A stretch of DNA of 64,000 nucleotides from contig OZ059899.1 of the NCBI GenBank assembly GCA_964057225.1, forward strand, positions 14,074,001-14,138,000, read 5' to 3'. Source of the DNA: Auanema rhodensis (taxonomy: Eukaryota > Animalia > Nematoda). The notes under the pieces are model-generated. The model made no database searches, was not told the DNA's origin, and saw nothing but the letters and a program-made list of their open reading frames with translations. Below, piece by piece: positions 48,301 to 61,200 of the stretch; the first letter of the stretch is position 1; each line of letters begins with the position of its first letter. Made by a program: the position numbers and the translations under genes.

Positions 48301-50447
48301 ATTCAATACGCTGTTAATATAGCTCGTTATATCAATTTTCTAATAGACTAATGAGCCTGTTAGTTAGCTTGTTAGATATTTAGTAACAAGTTATATCATA
48401 CTTCTCTCTTTTATTCTTATAAATTAGTTTACGATGATGATTAAGCATATCTATTATATGAACTATATAGTTAGATATACTATATCCATCATGTTTGTCG
48501 GCTTCAATTTCTTATTTTCCTTTGCTTTTACCAAATTTTTGAAAGCCTAAAGACGAAACATTGCGTTCTGCTTTCTTTACTTTAGCACCTAGAGCCTTCA
48601 TCTCTTGCTCATCATCCAAAGATCAACAAACACACATGTCTTCTAATGCAATTCGGAAATTAATCAACCAAAAGATGTCCAAATAAGAAGAAGATGAAAG
48701 AAAAGTCAGATAATTGACATTTTCAAAGCCGCGTTACCAATGTTCCGCAGTTTATGATGAGAGTAGAAGAGCTAACGTTCTTGGCTCTCGAGCCTTGTTT
48801 CATCGTCTCAGATCCATACTTTCGCCCCTTGCTCTCTTGCATTTTCTTTTCTTTTGCAGCTTTCTCCCTGTGAGCATATATCAAGCGGACTTTAAAAAAT
48901 CGAAAACCCTAGATTATCAAGTAATACTACACATCTACCAACATGACCCATCATCATATATCAGATAGAAGATTTGAAAGGAGGAGTGCAATATTTCTGA
49001 GATTGAGTGTAGTACATGCTTGATATAATCAGGAAAACAACAATTATCATCAATTATACTTAGATGGAAGTATATTCTTCATGCTTCATACACAACAAGT
49101 TATGTGAACTCTCCTATAGTTCGATTGGAAGTAGAAAGCTGACCAACTTTTCGACAAGTGATTAAAGACAAATCATGATATCCGCTTTAACGTTGTCAAA
49201 GAGAAATCAGATTTTCTGCTTAAAAAGCTTACACAGGGGAACAAAAACGATACAAATCAATACTGATGTCTAATATGGATTTGAAATTTGTGTGAAAAAA
49301 TATTCCCAAGCCAAGATGAAACAAAACAAAGATTATCGTCAGGATAATGCCATTCAAAATCGCTAATATTGATAATTAGCTAAATGTTTTTTTCAAATGC
49401 ATGTATCTGTAATGATAATTTTTGAGTTTGAGTTCATACTTTGCAAAATTATTCAATTTTGTTGAAAAATATTTCAAATTATGTAAATGGCATAGCCACC
49501 AGCCTGAATTTGTCTTATAAATTCTGAAACTATTCCGGAAAAAAGCCGGAAATTTCCAATTGAAATGGTCATTTTCGTTAATTAATGAATGCAACCGATC
49601 TATGCTCTCTAAAATTCAGAAATGAACTCACGTCGTCGTCATTATCTGGCTTGCTTAACGTCCGTGTTAAATCTGTCGTGGTGCCGAAATCGATAGAATC
49701 TAACGGCACTGCTAGTTGGCCCATCTTATCATCTTTTGATAAACGGTCATAATCAAAAACAACAAACTGTAGAGTTTTAGCTTGAAGCTCATTAAAAGGA
49801 ATCTGAAGAGCGTTTGTTGTGAATGTTATCTCATAACCATAATCACTTACATTAAACAGAAAAGTTTCATTGTAAACAGGATTGAGGGTATTCCGAATAA
49901 TCTTTGTCTCATACTTCTGCTTACGATCCGGTAATATCGATAACTTCACATAAGGATCAGACATTCCATTGCGGTCCATGGCGGGCAGTCGTCGAGCTTC
50001 AACAACAGTGACAGCCAACTGAAATTTGAAGTATTTCAAGCGGCTTCAAGTACATATCAGTTCAACACTCCTTCAGCCTTTTCTTTGGTTTCTCAATTGG
50101 TATTTTATGAGCTACATGAGCAATATGTCTCATGAATAATTCGTCAAATATTTGAAATTTAGATTTGTGTAAGTAATAAGAAGAGTTGTCTTATTTTGAA
50201 AAAAAAAGGAACATCCAACTAAATTATGAACATAAAAAACATTTTATAATAGTATTTATAGATTTATATTATATTATCCCTTTTTCTATCTATTTATCTA
50301 TGTTAACAACGAATAAAAAATGATATATATATATATATATATTGTTATGATAACCGAATGAATTGGATCCTAAGAATCCCTATATACTACCTTTTCTTTT
50401 TTCATTTTTCTCACCCTTTTCCTATTCTTGTTTCTCTTTCATTCTCC

Positions 50448-50485
<38 letters not shown>

Positions 50486-51621
50486 ATCTTACATTATATT
50501 ACTTTCTCTCTCTATATATATCTCTCCCATTCTCTTAAATTGATTCCTTCTCTACGAACTTCTCAACTCATTTGTTCCATGTCTAATTCTCTACAAAATT
50601 ATTAGCTTTTCTCATTTTACTTTTTAATATTAAAAGAGAGATTATAGATTATGATGGTAGATATCAGATCCACTAATCCTCCAATCAGATTATGAACTTA
50701 CATAGACATACATATAACATACAGAAACTATCGTCATTTGGGCAATGTTATGTGATTCTCATCATATAAGGTCTACTATATCTCCCTGTGAATAGATCTT
50801 CTTGAAAAATAAAACTTTTCGTTCTTTTCTCTTTATCTTCTCAAGCCAATCGTTTGCATGCTTGTCTCTTCTTCTGTCATCTGTCTATTCACGAAAGAGC
50901 ACAAGCGAATGTCCCAGCTCTCTCTCATATACATTCCTACCTTGCCGTCGTGCTCTTTTCCCTCTACCTCTTCTCCCGTCGTCCCCTTCCTCTTTTGGCT
51001 CTGCTCTCCCTCGCACACTCTCCGTGATGCCTAAGAAACAAAAAAAAAACGATTTTGTTACATCTGCCTCATATCAGCATTAACGTCTCACAACTAATGC
51101 CAACAAAATAGGTTTAAGAACCAAAGCTGAACCAACGTGTTCCGCTTGCAAGATCACACATTTCGAAAAAACAAACAACTAAATAATTACATAAACCCCC
51201 ATATGATATCAAAATGTTCCAATGTCTTGTATTAATTCGTTTCTCAGCTTTCCTCTAATCCTTTATTTCCATATATGCTTCTGCGAAATCATAGAAAAGG
51301 TAGTGAAAACAGCTTTGCTTCTTGTCCCACCTCCTCACCCCCGTTCTTGCTCTCTTGCTTCATCTACTGCTCCAACCCTGTGAACATCTCCCACTAGTAT
51401 CTGGGAAAGCTGCTCATTCATTTCAATTAATTTGAATTAAGGCTCTGAGAGGCAACCACATTTTTTAAACCCAGCAAGAAATAAAAAATGTGATTTTTGA
51501 GAAAGAATGACCATAAATCTCTCAATTGTTCTCTCGTTAGGTTACCCACCGAATACTAATATTTCAAAAAAAATTGTATGGTCTAATCAAAACTGCAGAG
51601 AAGCTCAGAGTAGAAGTAAGA

Positions 51622-51670
<49 letters not shown>

Positions 51671-53837
51671 AGAGAGAAAGAAAGTGCTTTTTAGAGTCAA
51701 AGTGTCGACTTGACTTCAGTTAAAAGGATTCAGAAAAGAGAATTATGCTGAATATGAAAAAACAGTGTTTAGGATGCTTCACATAATTGTTTTCAGTACT
51801 TTCAGTTATATACAAAACGATGAAACAACAAAAAATGTAAATTAAACTAGTGAAGAATGGAATTTCGTTTCCCAGGTGACTAAAAACATTAATCCAAATA
51901 CAATCTCGGTGTATTTTGAAGACAAAAAGGGAAGAAATTATAAAATGCCCATTAGATAAACGAAATCAGAAAGTAATTGAACAAATAGATAAAACTTGCC
52001 TTGCTTTGAGCAAAGTCATAGTCAAGTCGGAACGTGATTTCTCCATAATTGAAAGGTTCTTCTAAATCTTCCGCCTGAAACAAAAAAAATTGTTATGCAA
52101 CAGCATAGTTTAACATCATCCTTCTCCTCCTCCTCCTCATCATCATCAGCTTGATCTTTATAAACTAAGAAATATATTTTTAAGGGATTTTCTATGTATG
52201 GAAAACAAATTGTTTGAAAACACATGGGAAATACAATATAAGCTACAAATAGCTTCGCTTCATGAAAAAGTAACTGAGAGAATACAAAAGATGAGAATGA
52301 AATTGAAACAGCAAATGATGTCCCTTGCTTCGATATTTACGAAAAATTGTTAACGATTCTTCTCACCCACCTTTCTCCTTTCCTCCCTTCTTTTCATCTA
52401 ATAAACAAAAATAATAGGAAAACTGAGATTTACGTATTTTTCAAAACTATTAGTTCAGAAATTGAAAGAAAAAGTACTTACTCGTGGCTGTACAGATATG
52501 GTTTTTGATGAAAATTGTGGTAGTCCCAATGGGCTAATAGTTTTGGCAGTGTGAACATGCCCATTTTGATACTGAAAACAATAATTTTAATGAAAATAAC
52601 AGACAAGCAAACTCAATAATCGTGTATTTTAAAAGTTAAAAGTAGTAAAAAAAAATTTAATTTATAATTATAAATTATTCATCTTGAACAGAAAAAAAGA
52701 GTAAAGAGAGGGTATGCAGTAAACTCAGAGACCACGAAGAAACGAGAGAGAAATAGGAAATCAAGGAGACTTAGAGATGGAGATAATGTGGTAAGACGAG
52801 GGAGGGAGAGAGACAGACAGACTGACAGAAAAGGGAGAGGTGAAATAATCGGAAAGGAAGGAGCGAGAACAAAACGAATAGCTGCAGAAGAGAAGTCCTT
52901 CCGTGGACTTGAGAAGGATTTATAAGCAATTCAATTATCAAGCATATATATTCAAAAACTTTTTTCAATCCCTTTTTTGTGAAAGTTTGTAGCGTCCAGC
53001 TTATCCGAGCATAAAATTTTCAATATGCTAATGAGAGGATAAGTTGAAAAAGGTTTTTGCGCGGAGAATTGGATAATTCTCATTCAATTGAGGTATATCT
53101 GTGAAACTAAAAGATAATTTATATCCTTTTAGATTAGTTTACGTTGTTATATGCATGTCCTCATGGAATTACATTTTTTTAAAAGTATTTCCCTCATTCC
53201 TTCTCTTGGTTACATATAGTAGGAAATAACAAAAAAGGTTCATAAACGACTATTTACTCTGGTAAAAAGATGTATAGCTTTTCAGATCATTTTAGACTGC
53301 CATGTTGTTCCGATTACTCCGTCTTTGCTGTCCTCATTGCTCGTCAAGCAAGCCATCCTTGTGTGGATGTTGTCTGTCATCGTCTGTCGAGCATCATGTC
53401 TCGCCGATGATCATTATGATTAAGTACAAGTCCAACTGTCCTCAATATCTATGAAGACGCAGAGGAATGCACGATGAAGTTTCAGAGCAACGAGGAGAGC
53501 AGTCTCCTCTTCATCGTCATGGTCGTCGTCGTCGTCGTCGTCGTCGTTGTCATCATCTTCATCTATAACTCTGACACAAGACAAAGAGACGAAGATGAAA
53601 TACGTATATCATCCGTTAACGTTGCTTAATATTTCCAATAAATTGCTCAAATAAGCTAACATGTGACAACACGAACAACGCATATTGAATTTCTGTCATT
53701 ATTCATAGATCTAACACATAAAGTAATCTAAAGAATGTAATTTGAAAATTTGCTTTCTGTATCTCAATATTAAAAGGAAAAAAAAGGAAAAGAAGATAAT
53801 AAGAAACGAGAAAAAGATATTGAGTAGGTTAGAAAGA

Positions 53838-53889
<52 letters not shown>

Positions 53890-56800
53890 GATCGCAATAG
53901 ATCGCCAATTTCTTGAAAGAATAATAAATTAAAAAAGCATTTAAAGAGTGCTAGATCCATTTATAAATTGAAATCGCTTTTTGCTAACTCTATGAATGTA
54001 CTTCTCTCTGTTCTCGTATTTTGTTTTACGCTTTCTCTGCCAATTTCTCTCTATCTTCTTTGTATTTTTTAAGCATTCAACAGCCAAAAATTGAAAAAGG
54101 AAAATACTTAGTTGAATGACTAAGTTAGTTAGCAAAATTAGTCATTAGAAGACAACAATCTTACGATTGCTCACAATGTACTTTCAAAACTCATCTGACT
54201 TCCATAAAAGCCAATAAAAAAAGAACAGAATTACATAAAAAAAAAGAAAACTATGAGATAATGTGGATTTCAACTATGCGTCATAAGCTCAAACTACCAC
54301 ATCATTACATGCAGTTTTCCATGTTTTTCTGCTAATAATCACTTGAAAGATTTCATTTCTACTTCTAATTCATTTACCGTATTCATAATCTCAATAAAAA
54401 TGCCTAGGAATCTCTCCCCTTCTCTCATTTCCACAAAAAAAGGAAACCTGGTTGAGCTGACGAGGAAGAAGAAACCGTTTCCAATTATAAAAATATACAG
54501 CCAACAATCAAAATTAAGCAAATCACGACAGGCAAACAGCTGATTTGCATGTTGTTACTACTAAACCTGTCAAAGCGACCACATTTTCAAGGTTTTTACT
54601 ACATTTTTTCAATCACGTATATGCATTGAGCCATGCGCCCGCTTGAGGATGATTTTTCAGCATTGAGAATAGGCGAGAAATGAGTTATCCAATTGGCCAA
54701 TTCAGACGATAGAAAGAAGATGGAGCAATAGCAGAGAGAGGAAGAAAGATTTAGTTGATAAAAATGGTCAAAACAATCGACCTTCTCAAAAAGTTCTTTT
54801 CTCTTTTTTGCAAAAAAAAAACACAAGCTAGTTAGTTCCGGGAAGTGTGTTTTGACATACATATGTTCACATATATCACATATATAAGTAAATATATATT
54901 CAAAGTATATTTCCTTTTATGGGTTTAGACTTGACATACTTTATAAGAAAGTCATATTGTTTTGTTTTTAATGTTTCCCTCGGCCGACGTCTCCACCGTC
55001 GTTGCCAACGTAGCCATCTGGGCTTCAACTCCACCCGTCCTACCATGTATGTATGCATGTATGAATGTATGTGTGTCTGTGTATATGTTTCAAAATCTGA
55101 AGAATTGAAACAACAATATAAGCAAAATTGCTCATGAACGATGTGAACGGACTGGGAGCCAAATGGCTTTCCGTTTCCATAAAAGGTGATTGATAGGCCT
55201 GAATTGAATTTTGAAACTGTTTTGTCACGAATCTGCGTCACATATCGTATCACCAGATTTTATGAACAAGATAAAGTTATTGAAAATAAATATGGGAAAC
55301 TACTGCTTGGGCTATATCTGATGTACTGTCTGTCACAACTTTTGGTCTTTACAAATCTCAGAATGAAGTCACTTCAAAATTAGCATTTCTCCCAAACTGA
55401 CATGACCCAGCCATTCACCCAAAGCTTAACTCATGAAATAAGTTTTATCCATCTTTATTTAGCATTTCTCTTCTTTTTGGCTATTCAAGAGAATTTCTCT
55501 TTTTCTCATGTCCTCTCTCTCTCTCTTTCTCTCTTGCCCATCAGTCTTTCACTCTATTAGATTCCCAGTCATCACACACAAAACTCTGAAGCAAAGATTG
55601 AGAGTTGGGACATCTTTATCCGCGAACTAACAGGAAATGCTCAAAAGCTTAACCGGAAGTAAGTAAATTTAAAAAGAATATGCCCAAAGCTAGATTGTTG
55701 AGATAAAAATTTAGATAATTCTGCTCTCTTCAGTAGAAAGCACTAGTAACATGTCGAAACATTGAAAACATATCTTTCTTGTTTCTAAAGCAGTCTATTC
55801 ATTAGAAATGCAACATCTGGAGAGATAGACAATTGCCATTTTAGGAGGAAAGACACAATGGTCTAATACACAAAACGGAAAGTGAGGATCAGCTTTAGCC
55901 AAGTGTAACAGACATGACAGCATTTATCCATGAAAGATGATTAAAGAAGAAAAGTAGTCATCATAAGATTAATTCCATTCAATAATCCAAGCAAAGCTCG
56001 TTTGGATTTTTCGAAAAAACTTTCGTATGTATAGAAGGATAGGTAGGACACAAACACATATTCAGTCATAACCACCTCCCCAACCATAAATATACACAGA
56101 TTCTACAAATGGATATCATTGACAGTCATATGCAACAGCTAAAAGTCCTTGTCATGATGCAAAAACGAAGGAAAAAATATGAATTCATAACAAATCATAT
56201 AGCTCATATTTATACACGAAGCAGACTACACTGGAGACCTGCCGTATACAAATATCAAAAGCTACCCATACATAGATTACGAACAAAAATAGTTGTGACC
56301 ATATATGGTAAAGTTTTGGTGTTTGTGAGGCTTCATCATTTGGATATGACGCTTTTATTCCCTTTCAAAATATGTACACAGGGTGTAAACTATGTAAGTT
56401 CTAACTAACTAGATGAAACTGATGGGGATGTGGTAGTCATGAAGGATGAAAGATGTAGAGGATCTCATGGACTATGAGGACGAAGAAAAAGAACAAACGA
56501 AGACAACGAAGACCAAACGAAGAAGAAAAAGGCGATGAATTTTCATTAATTAAAGTAAATTGGGTACTTGAGGAAGACTCACATGCATGATACCACCGCT
56601 ATGATGAGAAGGAGACACGGAGAGGACTGGGGCTCCTTCTTTTGGTGGGCATTACAAGGCGTGATAATGAGAGCTCAGGTTCCAAAGTATAGTCAAATGC
56701 TTATTTGAGCTAGTTTAGTAAAGCTGGCGAGTATTCTTTGAAGCCAGCTATTACTCAAATTTAGTCCACTAATTCAGTCCATTGTCTTTCAAACGGGCAA

Positions 56801-57277
56801 TGGACAGTGGAATTCCATACGATAAGTCATTTTGAAATTGAATGAGTGCTATGAAGTATATTATTCGATTTTTGTTTGAAGCGAGCGATAAGAAACAAGG
56901 CAATTTGATTATACTCAGTATGTTTCAGACTGTCCCAGGAGAAATACACTCATATAAAATATTTTAAACGGAAATAACATTGATTCGAACTTATAAATGA
57001 ATAAAAAGCATGTTTCTAAGTGTTTTTAGTGTGAATATAAAGAAATAAGTTTTATAATTGTCATCATTTCGGTCGAAATGATCTACTACACGAATATTCT
57101 CATAGATGGATTGTGAGAAAAAAAAATACAAAACCACATGTTTTATGACTGAAACCAAAAAAAATGTATGCAAAAACGAAAACTTACTTTGTGAGATGAG
57201 TTACTGCGACGAATAGGACAGCAAGTTGAAAAAATTCGGTAAATAGGAGAGCATACGATCGTGCCTGTTGCCCACAT
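45375..57277 (-). CDS. snt-2: Synaptotagmin with tandem C2 domains and no classical transmembrane helix
   Basis: Exons near 57277-57188 ([30 protein letters not shown]), 52571-52482, 52074-52000 ([16 protein letters not shown]), then 50018 onward ([25 protein letters not shown]...[10 protein letters not shown]) and C2B (MDLGGTSDPYVK...[13 protein letters not shown]...[18 protein letters not shown]). The N-terminus matches C. elegans SNT-2 as recalled. Confidence 0.93.
47271..47296. repeat. (GA)n microsatellite in an snt-2 intron
   Basis: Direct reading. Confidence 0.9.
50453..50483. repeat. (CT)n microsatellite in an snt-2 intron
   Basis: Direct reading. Confidence 0.9.
51625..51668. repeat. 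(GA)n microsatellite in an snt-2 intron
   Basis: Direct reading. Confidence 0.95.
53522..53556. repeat. (GTC)n/(CAT)n microsatellite in an snt-2 intron
   Basis: Direct reading. Confidence 0.85.
53844..53886. repeat. (GA)n microsatellite in an snt-2 intron
   Basis: Direct reading. Confidence 0.95.
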
Positions 57278-57831
57278 GTCTGGTTAGGTTCCTTATCACG
57301 GTGTTGCTTGAGCACGAGCCGCAAGCGCCCATTCACCTGCTCTAAATTGCTTCCATTTGAGGAAAAAACAAATTCTTTAAAAAAAAATTACGTAAATGGT
57401 TAAAGAACAAACAATATTTCACGAGAGATCTCATGCTTCTACTTCAGATCTCCTGGAGGGGTGGTCGCATGGGCGTGGCCTAACATTTTTATTGCGTTTA
57501 TTGGTCCTCCCACGAAAAACCTGGGCTACATTCCTACCGTAATCGTGTTTGGTGCTATGTAGAGAGAAGTGAAAATTTTATTTTATAATTTTGAATGAAG
57601 ATGTTTTTTCCTAACATTTGAACGTACATTTCGTATTTTCGTTGTTATAAACTACCAATTTTACTCTCTTAGTTATATACTAGTAAGCGTTACCCTCATT
57701 TTATACCCTTTCTTTATAAAACCTATATTGATTACTTTATGCATTTGTAATTTTACTTACTTATCCTATGTTATAAATATCTTTATTGAAAGTATTTTTT
57801 CTATTCGTATTTTTCTCAGAAAGTACTCAAC

Positions 57832-58115
57832 ATGGGCTTTGCTCAACTCTGGTTCTCCCACCCACGCAAGTTTGGACCTGGATCCCGCTCCTGGTGAGTT
57901 TTTAAATCTTAGTTTATTGATTACACTGGAGTTGAACCGTTTCTCATATTTACTATATTAGCCGTGTCTGCTCTGGACACCACGGTCTTATCCGTAAGTA
58001 CGGACTCGACATGTGCCGTAGATGCTTCCGCGAGTACTCCAAGGATATCGGATTCAAGAAGGTAATTTCTACTTCAACATATTTTTTCTTATCTATATTC
58101 TTTCAGCTTGACTGA
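57832..58115 (+). CDS. rps-29: 40S ribosomal protein S29 (uS14)
   Basis: [56 protein letters not shown]; 3 exons. Confidence 0.98.
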
Positions 58116-58165
58116 GCGCATCATAGTCTGGAGCATTATGTTTTTGTTTTGTTGCTTCGTGACCG

Positions 58166-58171
58166 AATAAA
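58166..58171 (+). terminator. AATAAA polyadenylation signal of rps-29
   Basis: About 50 nt after the stop codon; next acceptor (atcttag) ends at 58285. Confidence 0.75.
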
Positions 58172-58289
58172 CATTGTTTATACAGTTCTCTGGCATTATT
58201 ACATAGTTGAAATCTATTACAACATACCCTAGATAACATTGATTCAAGTGTAGACATTAGTAGCATGAAATTACCTTTATCTTAGTCCA

Positions 58290-61200
58290 ATGGATCCGGT
58301 GGAAGCTGGACCTTGGTTGGTGGGAAGACCTCAGCAGCTTATTTTTCTAACGGGGCTGGATCCCTCAAACAAGAAGAGTCACGCAGCTCTTATTAATAGT
58401 TTTAGGTGAGACAGATAAGAAATGGAAGGTGTCAATGCCACATTTTAGTACATCTTCACCCGATAGACCTCCTTTAAATCTACGACAAGTTTCCGGTGAA
58501 TTAGAATTTCCACCAAAGCCTGAAAAGGTTGTCACGAAAGGTGCAAAATCTGTATTTTCGTACACGTTTATAACATTTGTATAAATTAAGGGGTTATAAG
58601 AAGGGATTGGCCAACCAAATATTTGGAAAGAGTTCCTGCTTTGATTGTTCTCTTTCTCGATTTAGATTGGGATCATCCTTCATGGGAAGGTTCGTGAAAA
58701 TATTAAAAAGAAATAATGAAAAGTCGATATTAAAGAGAAAAAAACTGAGGCGGAAAGTAAATGTGCAAGCATAAGAGCGAGTTGTAGGAAAGATGCACAA
58801 CTTGCGGTTGTTTTAATTCAGGAAAGGTATAGGGTTTAAAAATAAATGTTGGTAAAATAATTATTTGAAAGGAATTTGCCAAGTGTTGAGGATCCTTTGG
58901 CTAATGAAAGAGCCACTGAGTTATGCCACATATGTAATTTATCTCCGAAGCATTTATTTGTTATTCCCATATTAGGAGATATTCAGGTGTAGTAATCATT
59001 GTAATGTTGAAAATTGTTTTTCAATTAGGGTTACTCATCAAAGCTCCAAACAACATTCCATGAATTAGCACAGGGATTTTATCAACAGAAACTCAGGGTA
59101 TTGCTTCATATAGTTGATTGAGGAAGTAGAAACGTTTTTTTTAAGACTATCAGGGCTAGGTCAGTACCACCTAGTTCGAATTTGGTTGTTAGACAACTCT
59201 TCAAATTAGCTTTTCTCTCTGAACTGCGACAGGATACTCATACAGCATTAAGGTACACTCATATTAAAAAGGTTTGACTGATTGTTACACATGGTTTCAT
59301 TAAGAAATTACCGTCTTGCTTATGAGCAATGTAAAGAAAATGTAGAACACTGGGATGGAGTTGATATCTTTGAATGGAGAAGTGTAGTAGGACTATTGAA
59401 TTATAAGGTTCCAAACAAATTCTTTTGAATATATTTCAAATTTGTTATGTAGATGTGTGAATTGTGCTTCCTTCATAATACTGCGGTTGAAGCTATAAAT
59501 CAGATGAGGAAACATCAAACAGCATTTTTCAACCTGAATCCAGGAAATTATCCAACTGCTCCGTTAGCTTCCATCGAACATCAATTATGGAAAGCAAAAC
59601 AAGTAATTAGCCTAAAAATTGTATTTCATGGAAATTTGTTTTCTTCCAGTGTTGGCACTTCGCTCAACTTTTTGAGAATGCTGTCCAAAATGGTTTATCA
59701 GCTTTGGCTACCTTGAATCCTGGAACGCACCTTGATATGGCAGCCTCCATTTATTGCTTGGCAAACAAAGAAATTGCTGTTTTGAAGTTAGGTACTTCCC
59801 ACATCGAACAACATACTTTATAACTTATTTGATAATTGTAGCTCATCTATCAATTGGGGCCTATCCTACTCCAGATCCTTTAGCATGTGAAACGGTATAC
59901 ATTCTAAAATAAATTCCCTTTTAAACATTCGCTCTTTCTAGGTTTATTTTGGACAAAGACCTTGGAGAGTTGGACTTAATGGGGTAGCAACTGCTGATAT
60001 CGAGTTAAACGCTGTTAAGGCTATCATTGTTAGTTTTGTTATCTCTGTTTATATTTACCTATCTCAGCATTATAACATGCTCGAATTTAGTTGCGGTTAC
60101 TGGTGAACTACGAAGGAGTTGTAACTTTACTAAATGCTGCGATGCAGCAATTCAAGAAATACGGATGTTCTAGAATGCAGAAAAAGGTCATGAATGAGGT
60201 TTTTGACTAATTATAATAATCTTATATACTATATTCATATATATTAGATGGCTGATGTATATTATACCAGTGGAGATTGTATGAAAGCTCTTCAACTTTG
60301 GTCTTTAGTTGTTCGAGATCAAATTCCTCCTGCGGTAAAAAGTGTCATTTTGACTAAAGCTTGTTGGGCTGCATATTCAATAGCATCAATCAAAGTAAGT
60401 TTAGCTTGTTCTTGATTCTTTCCAGTTCAGAATACTTGTAGATTTATTATTTCTTCTCTCTTATATTTATAGGATTACATTTGGGCTGCTTTGCAATTGT
60501 CAAGTTCAGAACAGACTGTGGTTGACAGTCTTTTAGCTGTACTGGATGGTAAAATACCCGGATTACCATTTTTGAACGCAAATTTAACTGAAGATCAGGT
60601 TTCAACGAACAATGTTAAACTCTTATTTAACTATAATTGTTTAAGATAAAAGGTTACCAAGCAGCATGGAGCACTACATTTTCAGAACCTCAGTTCTTTA
60701 CTCTTCAAATTTCCAGAATCAACATTCACTTAGATGTTAATGTAAGTTGTTTGAATATTTTTGGTCATAATCCTTTCCTAAATTCATAGATCCACTTTTT
60801 ATGTGAAACTACAGTGCAACCTAATAGCAAAATTCCTGTATATGTCATAATAACATCCCAAGCTTTGAATCCTTATAGGTAGGAAAGAAACAATAATTTA
60901 TTTTTTATTTTATTTTCAATTTCCATTTTGTTCAGTTTTTCTGCTGTAAAAATCTTTTTCGAAGCAGCAGGCAAGAAAAAACAAGATGGCTCTTCAATGA
61001 TACTGAAAAACGTTAGTACTTCAAGTTTTGTTAAAATAATTTCATTCAATACGTTTTAGAATGTTGTGGTTGAGTCTGGGAAATCCGTTTCTTTTATAGA
61101 TATGTTGGACCTCAGTAGTTGTAATTTTGCAGAAGGGGATAGTATATCGGTTAGGGTTATTTCTATTGTTTTCTAAGTTTTCCAAATTTTTTTAAAGGTT

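Noticed and set aside
53258-53360. Extra coding exon of snt-2
   Set aside because: Stop codons in all three frames before the putative donor.
54900-55253. 117-aa minus-strand ORF inside snt-2 intron 1
   Set aside because: Runs through low-complexity (TGTA)/(TG)-like sequence; no donor site or domain.
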